Of a stretch of DNA of 64,000 nt, positions 9,879 through 19,748 are shown piece after piece (the first letter of the stretch is position 1; each line of letters starts with the position of its first letter). The stretch is from assembly GCA_017527435.1 (NCBI GenBank), contig JAFXQB010000006.1, forward strand, positions 23,098 to 87,097, given 5' to 3'. A program made the position numbers and the translations under genes. The notes beneath the pieces were generated by a model. It was given only the letters and a program-made list of their open reading frames with translations. It had not been told where the DNA came from and made no database searches. This stretch comes from Salinivirgaceae bacterium (GTDB lineage Bacteria > Bacteroidota > Bacteroidia > Bacteroidales > SZUA-534).

Positions 9879-10943
9879 TTAGTCTTTAACAATGTCGTCA
9901 TCATCGGCTGATTCGAGTGACGGTGCATCACTTTTAGTCATGATTTCAAGAATCTTTGTTTCAATTTCTTTAGCAAGTTCCTGATTATCGACCATCATTT
10001 GGCGTACGTAATCGCGGCCCTGACCGAGTTTTGTATCACCATAACTGAACCAAGACCCAGACTTCTTGATAATGTTGAGTTCAACAGCCATATCGACAAG
10101 TTCGCCCGACTTGCAGATGCCTTCGCCGTACATAATGTCGAACTCTGCTTTGCGGAAAGGTGCGGCAAGTTTGTTTTTGACGATTTTAACCTTGACATGG
10201 TTACCGATAGAGTCTTCGCCATCTTTCAAAGTAGAAGTGCGGCGAATGTCGATTCTAATTGAAGCATAGAACTTTAGCGCATTACCACCAGTGGTAGTTT
10301 CGGGGTTACCGAACATCACGCCAATCTTTTCGCGCAGCTGATTGATAAAAATGCAGCAAGTGTTTGTTTTGTTGATGTTTGCAGTGAGTTTCCGCAGTGC
10401 TTGCGACATCAATCGAGCCTGAAGGCCCATTTTAGAATCGCCCATTTCGCCTTCTATTTCGGCTTTTGGTGTAAGAGCTGCGACAGAGTCGATGACAATA
10501 ATATCGATGGCGCCGGAACGAATAAGGTGGTCGGCTATTTCAAGAGCCTGCTCACCATTGTCGGGTTGCGAAATCAGCAGTTCATTGATGTTAACGCCTA
10601 ATTTTTCAGCATAAAAACGGTCGAAAGCGTGCTCTGCGTCGATGAAGGCTGCTATTCCGCCATTTTTTTGAGCTTCGGCAATTGCATGGATGGCCAAAGT
10701 TGTTTTACCAGACGATTCAGGACCGTAAATTTCAATTACGCGGCCGCGCGGATAACCGCCAATGCCCAACGCTAAATCAAGACTTATTGAACCCGATGAG
10801 ATAACCGGAACGTTCTCGATGGCGTGGTCGCCCATACGCATAATGGCACCTTTGCCAAAGTTCTTTTCAATTTTGTCGATTGTGAGCTGCAAGGCTTTCA
10901 ACTTTTCGCTGTTGGCACTTGTATTTGCTTGTTCTTTAGCCAT
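9879..10943 (-). CDS. recA: Recombinase RecA
   Basis: 354 aa. Walker [11 protein letters not shown], plus [16 protein letters not shown] and the L2 region. Unmistakable RecA. Confidence 0.98.
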   Translation of the reverse strand: MAKEQANTSANSEKLKALQLTIDKIEKNFGKGAIMRMGDHAIENVPVISSGSISLDLALGIGGYPRGRVIEIYGPESSGKTTLAIHAIAEAQKNGGIAAFIDAEHAFDRFYAEKLGVNINELLISQPDNGEQALEIADHLIRSGAIDIIVIDSVAALTPKAEIEGEMGDSKMGLQARLMSQALRKLTANINKTNTCCIFINQLREKIGVMFGNPETTTGGNALKFYASIRIDIRRTSTLKDGEDSIGNHVKVKIVKNKLAAPFRKAEFDIMYGEGICKSGELVDMAVELNIIKKSGSWFSYGDTKLGQGRDYVRQMMVDNQELAKEIETKILEIMTKSDAPSLESADDDDIVKD

Positions 10944-11117
10944 TTGATATATGTTTTAAGTTTTATTTTCGAATTTGATAAAGGTAGAAAAAAAGGTGTA
11001 AAAGAAACAAGTGAGATTCACATTTTCATGAAAACTGATTTAAAAATTGATTATTATTATCATCGCTTTAGCAAAAATGCAGGGCGTGGGTTTTATTAAA
11101 CATAAAAACAAGACAAT

Positions 11118-11771
11118 ATGGTTATCAATTTAGGCACACAGAGCAGCATTCTGAACCAGTTTATGGCCGAATTGCGCGACAGTAACATCCAGAAAGACAG
11201 CTTGCGTTTCCGCCGGAATATGGAACGCATTGGCGAAATTTTCGCTTACGAGATTAGCAAGCAGCTTGAATACAAGCAAACCGAAGTGCAAACCCCACTA
11301 GGTGTGGCGAAAGTGCCGCAATTAGCCGCGCAGCCAGTTATTGCCAGCGTGCTGCGTGCCGGACTGCCTTTTCATCAAGGTTTTTTGAATGTTTTAGACA
11401 AGGCTGAAAACGCCTTTATTTCAGCTTGCCGCAAATATGAGAAAGACGGCTGCTCGTTCCACATAAGTTTCGACCACATTGCCGGACCGTCAACTGACGG
11501 AAAAACGCTGATTTTAGTTGACCCGATGCAGGCCAGCGGTGCATCGATGGTTTTGGCCTATCAGGCTCTGCTGAAAAAAGGCACGCCTGTGCACACACAT
11601 ATAGTATCAGTCATTTCGAGCCGCGAAGGACTTGATTATCTGCAACGCAACGTTGCTGGGCAGCCCGTCACCATTTGGACCGGCGCCATCGACGATGAAC
11701 TGACGGCAAAATCGTACATTGTGCCAGGCTTGGGCGATGCCGGCGATTTGTGCTATGGCGAGAAGGAATAA
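11118..11771 (+). CDS. upp: Uracil phosphoribosyltransferase
   Basis: 217 aa. PRPP-binding LILVDPMQASGAS and C-terminal YIVPGLGDAGD. Confidence 0.93.
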   Translation: MVINLGTQSSILNQFMAELRDSNIQKDSLRFRRNMERIGEIFAYEISKQLEYKQTEVQTPLGVAKVPQLAAQPVIASVLRAGLPFHQGFLNVLDKAENAFISACRKYEKDGCSFHISFDHIAGPSTDGKTLILVDPMQASGASMVLAYQALLKKGTPVHTHIVSVISSREGLDYLQRNVAGQPVTIWTGAIDDELTAKSYIVPGLGDAGDLCYGEKE

Positions 11772-11783
11772 TTGCATGCGAAT

Positions 11784-11811
11784 GTAGAGATGTGGTATGC
11801 CGCGTCTCTAC
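11784..11811 (+). repeat. REP-like 28-nt palindromic hairpin element, copy 1
   Basis: GTAGAGATGTGGtatgCCGCGTCTCTAC. The arms pair with two G:U wobbles on the plus (sense) strand. Lies between upp and tsaC. Confidence 0.85.
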
Positions 11812-11857
11812 GAATGGCACCCATCGTAATTCAGGATTAATAAAACCCACATTCAAG

Positions 11858-12472
11858 ATGTTAGTCAAGATTTATCCAGAAAATCCTAATCCGCGCGAAG
11901 TGAAGAAAATTGTCGAAATCATCGACAATGGTGGGCTTGTTATCTATCCAACCGATACCATCTACGGCGTGGGTTGCGATATGATGCAGCCTAAAGCAGT
12001 AGCACGGCTTGCAAAACTTCAGGGTTTGGATATGGATAAAGCATATTTTTCTTTTATTTTCAACGATTTGAGCCAAATTTCTGAATACACCAAACCGATG
12101 TCGAATTCGGCTTTCCGGCTATTGAAACACAATGTGCCAGGGCCGTTCACCTTCATTTTCGAAGCCAACAACAACATTCCGAAGCTCTTCAAAACTCGCC
12201 GCAAAACGGTGGGCATCCGAGTGCCCGACAACAATATTATCCGCAGCATTGTAGCTGAATTGGGACGTCCGTTGCTATCGTCGTCTGTGCACGATGATGA
12301 AGACGAAGTAACCGAATACATCACCGACCCCGAACTAATTCACGAACGCTACGGCAATTTTGTTGACGCGGTTATTGATGGCGGATATGGTGATAATCAG
12401 CCTTCTACCGTTATTGACTGCACTACCGACGAGTTTGAGATTATCCGCGAAGGAAAAGGCGAAGTGGTGTAA
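11858..12472 (+). CDS. tsaC: L-threonylcarbamoyladenylate synthase (YrdC/TsaC family)
   Basis: ATG at 11858 (MLVKIYPENPN...). The motif GGLVIYPTDTIYGVGCD is present. The 36-codon extension in the ORF track runs through the REP hairpin and is rejected. Confidence 0.9.
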   Translation: MLVKIYPENPNPREVKKIVEIIDNGGLVIYPTDTIYGVGCDMMQPKAVARLAKLQGLDMDKAYFSFIFNDLSQISEYTKPMSNSAFRLLKHNVPGPFTFIFEANNNIPKLFKTRRKTVGIRVPDNNIIRSIVAELGRPLLSSSVHDDEDEVTEYITDPELIHERYGNFVDAVIDGGYGDNQPSTVIDCTTDEFEIIREGKGEVV

Positions 12473-12480
12473 AAACACTC

Positions 12481-14127
12481 TCACTGCACCAACCCTTCAA
12501 TCACGCTGCCTGTGGTGCCGTTCGGGAACGGAATGTCAAGGAAATTGGCGATTGTGGGTGCAATATCGCGGATGTCGATATTTTGATTCAGGCGCGTGCG
12601 CTTAATCTTCCAGCCGTACCAGATGAGCGGCACGTGGGTGTCGTAGTTGTAGCCCGAGTTCGCGCTGCTCACGCCCGAACCCTGCGCAATCCAGCCCGGC
12701 TCAAGGCAGATAATCACGTCGCCCGAGCGCTTGGGGTTGAACGAGTTCTGCATTTGGCGCATAATGCCATCGGTGAAAGTGGTTGATTTCAAGGTCGATG
12801 CCGAGATGGCGTTGGCCACACCCGAAAACTGCAGCATAAAATCGCAAACCACATTCTCAAAATCCTGAACCTTCATTCCTGCCGTCTCTATCAGATTGTG
12901 GTTCAAGTAAATCTGATTGTTGTGATAAGCCGAAACCCATTTGCCTTTGTCGTATTTTGCGTTCAGATAGGTGCCCAAGAGCATAACGGCGCGGTCGGCG
13001 TTGAAGGTGCCGGCCGGAATGTTGTTTGCCTGCAGCATAGCCGGATTGTACGACGTGCCATGGTCTGAAGTCAGGTAGATGAGCACGTTGTTGCGGCCCA
13101 CATTTTCGTCGATAAACTGCAGGAAATGTTCCAAATCGCGGTCGAGCCGGATGTAAAGGTCTTCGAGTTCGACCGAGTTTGGTCCGCAGGCGCTGCTCAC
13201 ATCGGCCGAAGCCGAGAAAGCGATGTTCAGATAATCGGTGTCATCGTCTTGGCCAAGTTCTTCATTCACAATGGCATTCACACAGAAATCTTTGACAAGG
13301 CTGTTGCCCGCCGGATTCGATTTCAGCTTGCTGTAGTGCTTTGTGCGCTTGAGCAGACTGTTGATTTTCTTGCCCAGAACATTGTCGCCTGAGAATCCTG
13401 CGTTTTTCGACTGCCCGCGTTCAGAGCCGGCACGGTATTTTTCGGGCGGCAGCAGCGGCAGCCAGTCTTTTTCAATGTACATATCGGGGAACTTCTTGCC
13501 GTTGAACTCGTTAACCCACGCAGGCAGCGAGTCGGCATAGTAACTGCTTGTCACCCAAAGCCCCGACGCGTCGTCGAACCAGTAGGCGGCGTCGGCAATG
13601 TGGCCGGCAGGCAGAACGGCCGTTGTTGGGTTCAGCGATACCGCAAACACCTTCGAGCGGTTATTGCTGAAGAGTTTCATTTCGTCGGTGAAGGTGGTTG
13701 TCAGGATGTTGCGCGGCGAGTAGTTCCCTTTTTCAATTTCGGCGCCAACGGGCTTGACTTTCTCGTCGAAAGCCGCACCGATGTTTTTCTCTTGCAGTTG
13801 AACGTACCACGCGTCGCTCACAATGCCGTGAACAATTGGCTCACAGCCGGTTGCAATGGTTGCGTAGCCCGGCGATGTCTGCGTGAGCATATAGTTGTAG
13901 TTGGCGTTGCGGCAGAGCGCGCCTTCGCCAATGAGCCGCCGGAATCCGCCTTCGCCAAAGTTGTCCCAATAGCGGTGGATATAATCGTAACGCATTGATT
14001 CCACCACAATTCCGATAATCAGTTGCGGTTTTTCCGATGGTATATTCTTGCGTTTCTGCGCCATCAGTGCTGGGTCCCACAGAATGAGTGCCGCAAGCAG
14101 GCTGACGGCCAATATTTTTGCTTTCAT
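12481..14127 (-). CDS. Alkaline phosphatase / nucleotide pyrophosphatase family protein (PafA-like)
   Basis: ATG at 14127 gives the signal peptide MKAKILAVSLLAALIL. Type I phosphodiesterase-like motifs are present (IVVESMRYDY, GYATIATGCEPIVHGIV, LTSDHG). Confidence 0.8.
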   Translation of the reverse strand: MKAKILAVSLLAALILWDPALMAQKRKNIPSEKPQLIIGIVVESMRYDYIHRYWDNFGEGGFRRLIGEGALCRNANYNYMLTQTSPGYATIATGCEPIVHGIVSDAWYVQLQEKNIGAAFDEKVKPVGAEIEKGNYSPRNILTTTFTDEMKLFSNNRSKVFAVSLNPTTAVLPAGHIADAAYWFDDASGLWVTSSYYADSLPAWVNEFNGKKFPDMYIEKDWLPLLPPEKYRAGSERGQSKNAGFSGDNVLGKKINSLLKRTKHYSKLKSNPAGNSLVKDFCVNAIVNEELGQDDDTDYLNIAFSASADVSSACGPNSVELEDLYIRLDRDLEHFLQFIDENVGRNNVLIYLTSDHGTSYNPAMLQANNIPAGTFNADRAVMLLGTYLNAKYDKGKWVSAYHNNQIYLNHNLIETAGMKVQDFENVVCDFMLQFSGVANAISASTLKSTTFTDGIMRQMQNSFNPKRSGDVIICLEPGWIAQGSGVSSANSGYNYDTHVPLIWYGWKIKRTRLNQNIDIRDIAPTIANFLDIPFPNGTTGSVIEGLVQ

Positions 14128-14236
14128 AAACAACATTGTTTCGAGCAAAATTATCGAATAAAAAGTCGTTTTTCGCATTGCGTTAAGCAGTTTATGAATA
14201 GTGCGGTGTTCAAAACCGCAGGTAAAAACACAAAAA

Positions 14237-14258
14237 AAGCGGCTTTTTGAGCCGCTTT
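14237..14258 (-). terminator. Terminator downstream of the hemD-like gene
   Basis: aagcggctttttgagccgctt hairpin flanked by an A run and a T run. Confidence 0.65.
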
Positions 14259-14277
14259 AAATATTTGGTTTAAACCG

Positions 14278-15039
14278 TTAGTTCTTTTTGCAAGCCTTGT
14301 TCAATTCCTTAATGAACAAATCGAGCGCAGCCGGCATCGATGGTGCCTCAGGCGTTGGGGCTTTGATGTCGAGCCTGAGATTGGCCTCTTCAACAGCTTT
14401 TGCGGTAGTTGGCCCAAGAGCTGCGATTTTTATGTCGTTCTGCTCAAAATTAGGGAAGTTTGATTTCAGCGATTTGATACCTTCAGGGCTGAAGAAGCAC
14501 ATCACATCGTAGTTTTGGTCGGCAATGTCCGACATATCAGTCGGAACAGTTTGGTACAGAATGGCCAAAGTGTGGTTGATGTTGTGTGCAGTAAGTTTTT
14601 CAATCACCTCAGGTTTGTATTTGTCTGACGACGGCAGCAGGAATTTGTCTTCGCGATGCTTGTCAATCAGTGAAATCAGCTCATCGAACTTGCCGTTTGG
14701 CGCGAAGAAAATCTTACGTTTCCGATAGGTGATATATTTCTGAAGATAGAGAGCGACAGCCTCAGTGATGCAGAAATATTTCATTGTGTCGGGCAATGTG
14801 ACGCGCACTTCCTCGCAAATGCGGAACAAATGGTCGATGGCGTTCTTGCTAGTGAAAATCACAGCCGTATGGTCGAGAATATTGATTCTTTCTTTACGGA
14901 ACTCTTTGGCTTCAACGGGCCTTACAGTAATGAATGGCCTAAAATCGATTTTCAGATTGTACTTTTCAGCCAAATCAAAATACGGCGACTTTTCGGTCGT
15001 TGGTTGCGGTTGCGAAACCAGAATTTTCTTTATTTTCAA
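14278..15039 (-). CDS. Uroporphyrinogen-III synthase (HemD/HEM4) family protein
   Basis: 253 aa, MKIKKILVSQPQP...SPYFDL...DFRPFI, typical of the Bacteroidota HemD-like family. The apparent start codon is TTG. Confidence 0.75.
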   Translation of the reverse strand: MKIKKILVSQPQPTTEKSPYFDLAEKYNLKIDFRPFITVRPVEAKEFRKERINILDHTAVIFTSKNAIDHLFRICEEVRVTLPDTMKYFCITEAVALYLQKYITYRKRKIFFAPNGKFDELISLIDKHREDKFLLPSSDKYKPEVIEKLTAHNINHTLAILYQTVPTDMSDIADQNYDVMCFFSPEGIKSLKSNFPNFEQNDIKIAALGPTTAKAVEEANLRLDIKAPTPEAPSMPAALDLFIKELNKACKKN

Positions 15040-15079
15040 GGTCGGATAGTTTTTAGTTAAACTTCACACAATCCCGCTG

Positions 15080-16330
15080 CTACATATATTCCGTAAGGAA
15101 CTTGTATATAGTCAGAAGGGGTAAAATTTCAAGGGCACAAAGGTAGAAAAACAAATAAAAAATCGAAACTCTATTTTTTATACAAATTCGTAATCCTCTG
15201 AAAAGTGTGAAAATATAGAACAGCACAAACAGAGCAAGTCCCACCCACACAAGTTTTTCCGACAGGTTGTCGGGCACAAACGGAATCACGGCAATCAGTG
15301 GAAGCAGCAACAATCCGTACACCTTATTGTAAAGGTGAATATTGAAATTGTAGGCCCCGAATGCTCGAGTCTCAAATATGAAATCGAGAATTTTCAGAAT
15401 AATGGTTTTTACCAGATAGAAGGCCAGAAAAGCCAACGAGAACAAGCAGAAAAGCATAAATCCCGAAACATTGTCAATCTTAAAGCCATACAAAGTGGCG
15501 CATTGATTGGCGAACATTCCCATGTTGATGAAGAACAAAATGTTGAGAAGCAGGTAAACACGTCCGCGTACCACGTTCGATTCCTCATAAACACGTCGGG
15601 CTGTAAAGAAGTTGACGGCCGATTGCATCAGCATGCCAATGTACTTGCCGTAAATCATTCGTGTCCAGGCGAAAAGCAGACCGGCAAAAATCACGACACC
15701 AATCATCCAGTCGGTATCGGCAACCGATTTGTTCAGCAGGATGCGGTCGGTTTTGCGCACTATCGGCTTGCCTTCTTTTTCGGCAAACACTTTCTGTGTG
15801 TGCTCAAATATTGTTGTATCAGTTTCGGTTGTGTCGGCCACCAACGCCAACGTTGTGTCGGAAATGGCTGTAACGGTATCGGTAGTGGCAGCTGTTGTGG
15901 ATACGGTATCGGCTTCTATCAGGACAGGTGCCGCCGGTGTTGCATCAACCGTTGACGGCCGGGCGGCGTGAATGGTTTGCGTTTTTGGCGGCTCAACAGC
16001 AATAATCTTGCTTTGTGGCGCGCTGTCGCCGACAGGCTGAAAAGGATTGATCTTCAGCTGCGACGCTAATGAATTGTCGTGATTAATTATAAAATCGCCC
16101 GTCAGCACATCGTAGGCCGGATGTTCAACAGTGTCGTCGACCGGAACAAACGGAATGGTTTTTATAACCGGGGTGTAGGTTTTTTGCGGTGCCAGTCGGC
16201 TCGAGTCGACACGGAAGGCATCGGCGCCACCGAAATCAAGCGTTGGGCGCGATATCACCATCGTGCTAGCAGGTGCTATCTGAATAGCCGTTGTATCGGA
16301 CTGTAAGCCGTTGACTTGCGAAAAACTCAT
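15080..16330 (-). CDS. DUF4271-type membrane protein
   Basis: T/A/P-rich, disordered-looking N-terminal half and a C-terminal half with about 6 hydrophobic helices. The position upstream of the hemD-like gene matches a conserved Bacteroidota pair. Confidence 0.7.
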   Translation of the reverse strand: MSFSQVNGLQSDTTAIQIAPASTMVISRPTLDFGGADAFRVDSSRLAPQKTYTPVIKTIPFVPVDDTVEHPAYDVLTGDFIINHDNSLASQLKINPFQPVGDSAPQSKIIAVEPPKTQTIHAARPSTVDATPAAPVLIEADTVSTTAATTDTVTAISDTTLALVADTTETDTTIFEHTQKVFAEKEGKPIVRKTDRILLNKSVADTDWMIGVVIFAGLLFAWTRMIYGKYIGMLMQSAVNFFTARRVYEESNVVRGRVYLLLNILFFINMGMFANQCATLYGFKIDNVSGFMLFCLFSLAFLAFYLVKTIILKILDFIFETRAFGAYNFNIHLYNKVYGLLLLPLIAVIPFVPDNLSEKLVWVGLALFVLFYIFTLFRGLRICIKNRVSIFYLFFYLCALEILPLLTIYKFLTEYM

Positions 16331-16443
16331 TGAAAAAAATCAATAACGGTCGCAAAATTAATGGATTTGCGTCAGTTTCGTATAAAACCGGCATTAATTT
16401 TTGCGTTCGATGTTGACAGTGTGCCTTAATGGCAAAAAAAATA

Positions 16444-16476
16444 TCCCGAAAAAGCAATCATCTTGCTCTTTCGGGA
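16444..16476 (-). terminator. Rho-independent terminator of dnaN
   Basis: tcccgaaaaagcaatcatcttgctctttcggga two-tier hairpin, followed on the minus strand by a T8 run. Confidence 0.75.
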
Positions 16477-16499
16477 CAGTTTGTTTCAGACGTCTTGGT

Positions 16500-17621
16500 C
16501 TAAAGTTGCATTGGGCAGAGAAGCATCAGCACATCTTCGTCGGCAGAGCTTTTGTCGAGCGGAATAAACGTGCCGGCCTTATCGGAATTCGAAAGATTGA
16601 TGACAACTTCAGAGCAACCCAGATTCGACAGAATCTCAATCAGATAGGATGATTTGAAGCCGATTTCCATGTCCTCACCTTCGTATTGGCATCTTACGCG
16701 CTCACTTGCCGAAACCGAGAAGTCGATGTCTTGTGCCGAAACCACCATTTGGTTAGCCATAATCGACAGTTTTATAAGATTGTTGGCTTGATTTGAGAAC
16801 ACCTCTACGCGACGCAGACAGTCACACAGGTTGGCGCGGTCAACGGTGAGTTTGCGCGGGGCATCGGTCGGTATAACAGCCTGATAGTTAGGATAGTTGC
16901 CTTCAATCAGCCGGCATACAAGCGTATATTCGTTGAATTTGATGATGGCGTTTTTCTTGTCAAACGACATTGTAACCATGCTGTCGTCTTTCGGAAGAAT
17001 GTTTTTCAGCAGACCAGCCGGTTTTGGTGGCAGAATGAACGAGCCGTCGCTTTCGATTTTCACATCGGCGCGGCTGTAGCAAACCAGCTTGTGTGCGTCG
17101 GTGGCCACAAATTTTGCCTTGCCTTCAACCAACTCAACAAAAATGCCGGTCATCACCGGGCGGAACTCGTCAACCGAAGCGGCAAACAGGGTCTTTGTCA
17201 CGCCTTGCAGCAGGGCGTCGGCTGTAATCTCAACATTGCAGACACCATCTTGCAGGCTCTGAACTTGCGGAAAATCCTCACCGCTCACGCACGGCATTTC
17301 ATATTTACCGTTTTCAGAAACAATGACGGTTTTATTGGCTTTGTCATCGATGTTGAAGGTAAGCGGCTGTTCAGGAAAACCCTTCAGTGTGTCAATCAGG
17401 CGTTTTGCACCAAGTGCCACAACACCCGACCCAGAAGCGCTGTCAACATCAAATGTTGTTACCATTGTTGTTTCAACATCCGATGCGGTGATGGTCAATT
17501 TGTTGTCATTCAGGTCGAACAGGAAGTTGTCGAGAATGGCCATTGTGTTTTTCGAACTGATTACACGGCTTACGGTTTGCAGATGATTCAGAATCTGCCT
17601 GCTTGATACGATAAAATTCAT
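16500..17621 (-). CDS. dnaN: DNA polymerase III beta sliding clamp
   Basis: 373 aa with a three-domain clamp pattern (MNFIVSSRQILNHLQTVSRVI...LCPMQL). Confidence 0.95.
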   Translation of the reverse strand: MNFIVSSRQILNHLQTVSRVISSKNTMAILDNFLFDLNDNKLTITASDVETTMVTTFDVDSASGSGVVALGAKRLIDTLKGFPEQPLTFNIDDKANKTVIVSENGKYEMPCVSGEDFPQVQSLQDGVCNVEITADALLQGVTKTLFAASVDEFRPVMTGIFVELVEGKAKFVATDAHKLVCYSRADVKIESDGSFILPPKPAGLLKNILPKDDSMVTMSFDKKNAIIKFNEYTLVCRLIEGNYPNYQAVIPTDAPRKLTVDRANLCDCLRRVEVFSNQANNLIKLSIMANQMVVSAQDIDFSVSASERVRCQYEGEDMEIGFKSSYLIEILSNLGCSEVVINLSNSDKAGTFIPLDKSSADEDVLMLLCPMQL

Positions 17622-17805
17622 TTGTCTGTATTTTAAATATTAATATGTCAATTTTACTGACTTTTCCGGCGACAGCCGAAACGCCCAAATGTATAAAAAT
17701 TGTTTTGAGCCCCGTTCATTTTTCAATTATTATTTCAACATCTGAACTATGTCGTAAAAATTAAACGGAATGCGTTACATTTGCCGTTGAAAAACCTAGA
17801 GCAGT

Positions 17806-18111
17806 ATGAATCTGAATCCGAAACTGAAAAAAATTATCGACAGGCTCAACAATAAATACGTGATAGCCAGCCTGATATTCTTGTTGTGGATTCTTTTTTT
17901 CGACCAAAACAACCTGCTCAACCGAATATCTGACTTGCGCAATTTGCGTGAGATGAAGGCGCAGAAAGAGTATTACGCGAAAAAAATCGAGACGGACATC
18001 CAGCGCACCAAGGAACTCGAAACCGACGACGACAATCTCGAGAAATTCGCCCGCGAGCAATATTTGATGAAGAAAGCCAACGAAGACGTTTTTGTAATTG
18101 TTGAAGAATAG
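17806..18111 (+). CDS. Septum formation initiator (FtsB/DivIC-like) family protein
   Basis: 101 aa with a single TM helix (VIASLIFLLWILFF), a coiled coil, and C-terminal FAREQYLMKKANEDVFVI. Confidence 0.8.
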   Translation: MNLNPKLKKIIDRLNNKYVIASLIFLLWILFFDQNNLLNRISDLRNLREMKAQKEYYAKKIETDIQRTKELETDDDNLEKFAREQYLMKKANEDVFVIVEE

Positions 18112-18138
18112 AATCCGCCTTCAGCTGTGCGCACAAAA

Positions 18139-18165
18139 AAACCGTCCCGGAATCCGGAACGGTTT
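18139..18165. terminator. Bidirectional terminator between convergent genes
   Basis: aaccgtcccggaatccggaacggtt hairpin with an A run upstream and T's downstream. Confidence 0.7.
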
Positions 18166-18188
18166 AAAAGAATCAATCACCAATCGGC

Positions 18189-18743
18189 TTATTTTCCAAA
18201 ATAGCGTTTGAACAAACCGGCAAAGCCTTGTCCGTGGCGAGCCTCGTCTTTGGCCATCTCGTGAACGGTGTCGTGGATGGCGTCAAGGTTGAGCTCTTTG
18301 GCGCGTTTGGCAATGCGCATCTTGTCTTCGCAGGCACCAGCCTCGGCGTGCATACGTTTCTCAAGATTGGTCTTGGTGTCCCAGACAACCTCGCCAAGCA
18401 ATTCGGCAAATTTGGCGCAGTGTTCAGCTTCTTCAAAAGCATAGCGCTTGAAAGCCTCGGCAATTTCAGGATAGCCTTCGCGGTCGGCTTGGCGGCTCAT
18501 TGCCAAGTACATACCCACTTCGGTGGCTTCACCCATAAAATGCGCGTTCAGGTCTTTCTTCATTTGGTCGTCAGTATCTTTTGCAACGCCAAGAACGTGC
18601 TCGGTAACAAAATTCAAATCAGCGTCGGCGGCAAGCTCTTTCCATTTGCCGGCAACAAGCTGTTTACACTGTGGGCAACGTTCAGGTGCCTCTTCGCCTT
18701 CATACACAAATCCGCATATCGGACAAACAAATTTCTTCTTCAT
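18189..18743 (-). CDS. Reverse rubrerythrin (N-terminal rubredoxin-like CxxC...CxxC, C-terminal ferritin-like diiron domain)
   Basis: [27 protein letters not shown], followed by the ExxH motifs EEAEH and DEARH. Confidence 0.85.
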   Translation of the reverse strand: MKKKFVCPICGFVYEGEEAPERCPQCKQLVAGKWKELAADADLNFVTEHVLGVAKDTDDQMKKDLNAHFMGEATEVGMYLAMSRQADREGYPEIAEAFKRYAFEEAEHCAKFAELLGEVVWDTKTNLEKRMHAEAGACEDKMRIAKRAKELNLDAIHDTVHEMAKDEARHGQGFAGLFKRYFGK

Positions 18744-18897
18744 AATCGAAAGAATTTTAAAGATTTATTGATTTTAAAGTCTATTCTGTTGTTTGGATGG
18801 TGAATTGTTTAGAAGGTTGAGAATGTTTAGTTTTTCGCCTTTTAAACTTTTCTCAACTTACTCAACCTTCCAATCTTAATTTCTGATTCCTAAATAA

Positions 18898-19437
18898 TTA
18901 ATAATTTTCCGCTTTCACTTGGAAATACGACTGCGGGTGGTCGCAGACGGGGCAAACATCGGGTGCTTTTTTGCCAACCACAATGTGGCCGCAGTTCGAG
19001 CACTGCCAGATGGTGTCGTTGTCTTTCGAGAAGACCAGACCGCCTTCAATGTTGGCCAGCAGCTTGCGGTAGCGCTCTTCGTGCTCGCGCTCAATCTTGC
19101 CCACTTCATCAAACAGTGTGGCAATCTTGTCGAATCCTTCGGCGCGGGCGTCGGCGGCAAACTTTGCATACATGTCGGTCCACTCGTAGTTCTCGCCGTC
19201 GGCAGCGTCTTTCAGATTTTCGATGGTGCTTGGCACAGCGCCGTCGTGCAGCAGCTTGAACCAGATTTTGGCGTGCTCTTTTTCGTTAGCAGCCGTCTCT
19301 TCAAAAATGTTCGCAATCTGCACGTAGCCGTCTTTCTTTGCCTTCGACGCGTAGTAAGTATATTTGTTGCGCGCCTGTGACTCGCCAGCAAAGGCTGCCA
19401 GCAAGTTGGCTTCTGTTTTTGTTCCTTTCAGATTCAT
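18898..19437 (-). CDS. rbr: Rubrerythrin (classical domain order)
   Basis: [13 protein letters not shown]..., ExxH motifs, and a C-terminal rubredoxin-like WQCSNCGH...CPVCDHP. The ATG at 19437 is preferred; there is another ATG at 19443. Confidence 0.92.
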   Translation of the reverse strand: MNLKGTKTEANLLAAFAGESQARNKYTYYASKAKKDGYVQIANIFEETAANEKEHAKIWFKLLHDGAVPSTIENLKDAADGENYEWTDMYAKFAADARAEGFDKIATLFDEVGKIEREHEERYRKLLANIEGGLVFSKDNDTIWQCSNCGHIVVGKKAPDVCPVCDHPQSYFQVKAENY

Positions 19438-19644
19438 ATACATTTTATTTATAGTTGTTTATCATTCACCATAATTATTACAAAAATATAATTGGTTTTG
19501 AATCCACAGCGTGTAGCCAAAAAAATTTTTTAATAAACAGATACTATAATAATTTTGTGAACCGTAAACGAAGGAATAAAAAAATATGACATTCGGCAGC
19601 AAAAGGTGTTTAAAATATTGTTTACAAATAAGGTATTGCCTACT

Positions 19645-19673
19645 TTTGTAAGCAGTCAAAAATTATATATTTG
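19645..19673 (+). promoter_or_regulatory. Candidate Bacteroidota sigma-A promoter for purH
   Basis: TTTG at 19645-19648 and TAtaTTTG at 19666-19673. The block aaattatatatttgt recurs upstream of the AsmA-like gene (32157-32171). Confidence 0.5.
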
Positions 19674-19748
19674 TGCGTTGGCGTGGTGGATTTTATTTAA
19701 CCGCAATTCGCTGATAGTCAAAACGATATTTAGTAAAAGATAATTTTG

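Noticed and set aside
11750-11857. N-terminal extensions of tsaC (from 11750) and of the DUF2723 gene (from 56998), plus small ORFs such as 30826-31023 and 48325-48561.
   Set aside because: These extensions and ORFs are produced by reading through the REP palindrome, giving recurrent RDV..RVST / VETWRAASLQ-type peptides. Conserved protein N-termini begin at downstream ATGs.
19674-19748. ZTP (pfl) riboswitch upstream of purH.
   Set aside because: The leader lacks the conserved GGGUCGUGAC...CCGGGCGGA...CCGCCUGGGCA elements.
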